Of a DNA stretch of 64,000 nt, positions 60,382 through 64,000 are shown in pieces. This DNA is from Oopsacas minuta (lineage: Eukaryota > Animalia > Porifera). The DNA is taken from the NCBI GenBank assembly GCA_024704765.1, contig JAKMXF010000361.1, forward strand, positions 1-64,000, written 5' to 3'. Under the pieces are notes generated by a model, which saw only the letters and a list, made by a program, of their open reading frames with translations, was not told the DNA's origin and made no database searches. A program made the translations under genes and the position numbers. The first letter of the stretch is position 1; each line of letters opens with the position of its first letter.

Positions 60382-60414
60382 CATACACGATGCAACTTTG
60401 TTGCATCGTGTATG
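60382..60414. repeat. Perfect 15-bp-stem hairpin (3-nt loop)
   Basis: CATACACGATGCAAC-TTT-GTTGCATCGTGTATG. Confidence 0.9.
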
Positions 60415-61172
60415 GTAGGCTTTTAGGAAATGATAAATGCTCCTTCAGCTAGAGGTTTCAACAGCTAATCAAGTTAATTGGTTGACCATGATCAGAGATG
60501 TATATTTTGTCTGTCGACAGACATTAGTTCGAAAATATATAGTCGCACAATACATATTAGTAGTCGTGAACCGTATAGTAGAATTCGAAGGGTCCATATT
60601 TAGAGTTGATAATTGCCACAATCATCAAGAAATAACACATTTCCTTATACTGTAAGTATAAAGTGTAAGGCTGCAAATGATGGTTAAGCTAGGACTAATT
60701 TGTCTGGTAATGTCGGACTAACCTTTGTAGAGTTAGCATAGACAGAATAGGGTAACATAACGGTGATCAATTCAAACGTGTATGTTACGGGAGGTCTGGA
60801 ATGTTGCTACGTCTAAGAACATGTAGTACATATTTCTGATTTAATTTAGGAGATTTAAATAATATACTTGCTTTATACAATCCCCGTCCCAGACAAATAT
60901 TCATATATTATTAACGTTATAAAATGAATTTTTCCAGATAAGCAATTATAAACAATCATAAATTTGTCAATATCTATCAGGTCGGCAAATATGTACTTAC
61001 AATTGCTCTTTATTCTAGATCCAAACATGCTACAATAAATAACTAATAATTAATTATATTAATATAATCTCATGGCCTAACAATGGATAGTAATGAAATA
61101 ATAATAATAATAGAAATAACATTTAATATACACTTCAAGATTTTACGTAATCCAACAATTAGAACAAAATAA

Positions 61173-62342
61173 ATGTTCCATATTTCTAGCCTCCGACAAC
61201 TGAACAAGATTCCAGTACTCTTGGGGAGATCACTACGTACTCCTGCACTTAGAAAATCATTTTCCAGTGAAGTAGCCAAACAAAGTAAGCAAGATAGAGC
61301 AATCGGATGGTGGTTACTTGGATGTTCTGGCATGGTTATGGGGGCAGTCCTTCTTGGGGGCGTGACCAGATTGACAGAGTCTGGTTTATCGATGGTAGAA
61401 TGGAACCTAATAAAAGGAATGCGACCCCCAAGAAGTGAAGAAGAGTGGAATACAATGTTTGAGAAGTACAAACAATTTCCAGAGTATCAACTATTACATC
61501 AAGACTTTACTCTCTCAGATTTCAAACGTATATTCTACATGGAGTATGCACACAGGATGTGGGGTAGAACTATAGGACTAGCATTTTATATTCCAGCAGC
61601 TATATTCTGGTATAAAGGCTGGTTTAGTCGTCCAATGAAGATACGCAGCGTGTTCTGGGGTAGCTTAATACTGGGACAAGGGCTCCTGGGCTGGTGGATG
61701 GTCAAGAGTGGTCTCAAACAAATTGATGAAAATGATACTAACGCGGTTCCAAGGGTAAGCCAATATAGACTAGCTGCACACTTGGGATTAGCATTGTTCC
61801 TTTATACACTTATATTCTACAACGCTCTTAAGAAACTACTGCCTCAATCTTCTACAACTATCAGTCTTTCAAAGCAGGTTAAAAGACTTAAACAAGGATC
61901 ACACACTCTTCTATTGCTGACATACGTAACAGCCTTGTCGGGGGCATTGGTAGCAGGACTAGATGCTGGATTAGTTTATAACTCATTTCCTAAAATGGCT
62001 AATAAATGGATTCCCGACGATATATTAGCTTTAAATCCCAAAATAAAGAATATTTTCGAGAATCCAACAACTACACAATTTAACCACAGGGTACTGGGAA
62101 CTACTGTATTGGGAATGGTAGCATTTGTATGGAGTGTAGCGAGACCGATAGGGTTACCACCTCGTGCCCGATTGGCTGTGAACTGCTTAGCTGGTATGGC
62201 GGTTCTTCAGGTTACCCTTGGGATCAGCACCTTGTTAGCATATGTACCTACGTATCTAGCAGCTACTCACCAGATGGGATCAGTCTCACTACTCAGTCTC
62301 ACTGTTTGGCTGATGCAAGAAATAAGGCGAATAATAAAGTAG
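61173..62342 (+). CDS. COX15: Heme A synthase COX15, intronless
   Basis: LGGVTRLTESGLSMVEW, YMEY.HRMWGR, QGLLGWWMVKSGL, PRVSQYRLAAHLG, GALVAGLDAGLVYNSFPKM, QFNHR, LAATHQ. Confidence 0.96.
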   Translation: MFHISSLRQLNKIPVLLGRSLRTPALRKSFSSEVAKQSKQDRAIGWWLLGCSGMVMGAVLLGGVTRLTESGLSMVEWNLIKGMRPPRSEEEWNTMFEKYKQFPEYQLLHQDFTLSDFKRIFYMEYAHRMWGRTIGLAFYIPAAIFWYKGWFSRPMKIRSVFWGSLILGQGLLGWWMVKSGLKQIDENDTNAVPRVSQYRLAAHLGLALFLYTLIFYNALKKLLPQSSTTISLSKQVKRLKQGSHTLLLLTYVTALSGALVAGLDAGLVYNSFPKMANKWIPDDILALNPKIKNIFENPTTTQFNHRVLGTTVLGMVAFVWSVARPIGLPPRARLAVNCLAGMAVLQVTLGISTLLAYVPTYLAATHQMGSVSLLSLTVWLMQEIRRIIK

Positions 62343-63683
62343 ATCTCTTATACACAGATTAAATACGCTTATTTTATCTACGTACAACTTAGATTAATTA
62401 TTTTCGCAGTCCTAGCATGACTTACAATATCTTTATAGGAAATTATGTTTCTTTAGAAGTAAAAACTATTATTGTTTCTGTTTATGTGTTTGTCCGATAT
62501 GGCGATATCAAAAAATAATTATGAAGATAAATCACCAATACATTTTGATAAATATGTGAATTAACACTTTTGGTTGAAAAAAGCTTAAAATGATCAGAAA
62601 GCCAGAAAATTGAAGGAATTATGACAAACCTGATATCACCTCACCCTTCACGTTCATATTATTTTTCTAAAAGTGAGAAAGCCAAACTTTTGTTTCCATC
62701 GTGAACGAGTTAAGTTTATCCCATTTTTATTCCAGCCTCTACTAGGAGTAAACCTGAGTGAATACTACACAAATATGAAGAATTGTATTAATGTTATGTT
62801 GGGCTGGAGGAAGGGCATCGAAGCAGATTTAGATTAGCTAAGCATAAATTGGGAGTATTAAATGAGTTAGTGGTGCTTGTTTGGAGATTAATAAGCCCAC
62901 TTAAACACCCAATTAAGCCCTGCTGAGGCTCGTGAATATGTTCAATTTAACATAAATTTTTATATCCGTTTGATCTTCATAGATCGAGTTGTCGTGCTGT
63001 CCATTGTGTATTATTGAGATTAAATTTGAATATCAGGCTCGGCAGAAATCTGGTAGAAACCTCATAAGGGCCCCAAGCTGTATTGTCGATTTGTCGAACC
63101 GAATGGGATACGTATCCTTATAAATTTATATTTCTATACGTTTTCACTATACATTGTTAATCTATTTCCAAAACCAACATGTTGATTTTGCAACATCAAC
63201 GTTTTTCAAATTTAAACATAGTAGAACCGATACAGCAGTATTTTGGCGGTACATCGCACATCGCTTGGGAAAGTTTTGAACTAAATTTGGAACTAAAATA
63301 ACACATCCACCACTTTATTACGTAAGAATCGCCTTTTTGGACAAGGTGTGACTTTATTCCATAGAAACTTCACCATTCTAAACTAGTGTGCAGTGCAGTG
63401 TAGCACAATAAAGTTCTTTAAACTCGATTATATGTCTGACAATATTATAAAGAACAGTAGTTAATAAATGAATCATTATTCGCTGCGTTATTTCAAATGA
63501 AATTTAATTCCTCAAATGCTAGATGTCATAACGTTATGCCACACATAGGGAAAGCTTGCGAGAATAGGAATCGAACTAGACTTATTCTTGTCAGGGTTTA
63601 TTGCATATATTTGTTGTACAAGATAAGATTATGGTACAATTCGAACTACGTGTAGACTACCATTTTCAATGAATTGTGTAGAT

Positions 63684-63765
63684 GGAATCTATTTTGAAAG
63701 TTCACAATTCACAAGTTGATAATTTCTTGTCAACTTGTGAATTGTGAACTTTCAAAATAGATTCC
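63684..63765. repeat. Perfect 36-bp inverted repeat with 10-nt spacer
   Basis: GGAATCTATTTTGAAAGTTCACAATTCACAAGTTGA (63684-63719) and its exact reverse complement (63730-63765). Confidence 0.95.
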
Positions 63766-64000
63766 TTATTCGCACCTTGTGTACTTGCACCTGTTCAATA
63801 CATGTATGTCTTCAATTATTATTATTGAGTAGTTGAGAAGAATGTTGCATTAGCTAAATTGTATTAGATAATAGACCGAGATATGGAATTATACACAGGA
63901 CTCTAAAATATATTTTGATTCGTAACAATGGCAATAACACTATTTCTTTGGTTATTCGATTAGATTATCGTCAATATGGCCGCCTAACTAGCATACATAC

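Noticed and set aside
60440-60830. Possible NHL-repeat remnants (IFRVDNCHNH, NVYVTGG)
   Set aside because: Only two short weak motifs, which could arise by chance.
1-64000. CRISPR arrays, rRNA, prokaryotic operons or defence systems
   Set aside because: The sequence is spliceosomal-intron-bearing animal DNA. No repeat-spacer array or rRNA-like segment was seen.

Overview
Eukaryotic (animal) genomic DNA, AT-rich and compact, with short GT-AG introns. Gene style and content are consistent with a hexactinellid (glass) sponge such as Oopsacas minuta; this is inference, not verified. I could build 16 apparently intact genes, 14 on the + strand. In order: PACSIN (5' end outside window), RABL2, an orphan coiled-coil gene, MTFR1/2-like, ETFRF1, ARL1 (9 exons) with GATD1 nested antisense in intron 3, SMAP-like ArfGAP, TRIP13, BCL7 (5 exons) with an intronless LCLAT1-like gene nested on the SAME strand in intron 1, a TRAF, MRPS17, a five-finger TFIIIA-like gene, CARF (11 exons) and COX15. 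BCL7, ETFRF1 and most of ARL1 and CARF are invisible or fragmented in the ORF track. Decayed genes include a multi-pass membrane protein, a TMEM104-like transporter and about 13 kb of eroded YWTD/EGF (LRP-like) receptor sequence. TEs include a frameshifted DD37E Tc1-type element, Tc1/pogo-like and hAT MITEs with intact TIRs/TSDs, and Helitron-like ends. Three signals stand out. (1) A splice-acceptor-like YAG lies just upstream of nearly every start codon in a tightly packed co-directional gene run, suggesting SL trans-splicing and operon-like transcription. (2) The BCL7/LCLAT1 pair is nested on the same strand. (3) The TFIIIA-like protein has fingers 3-6 replaced by an Asn-rich linker.
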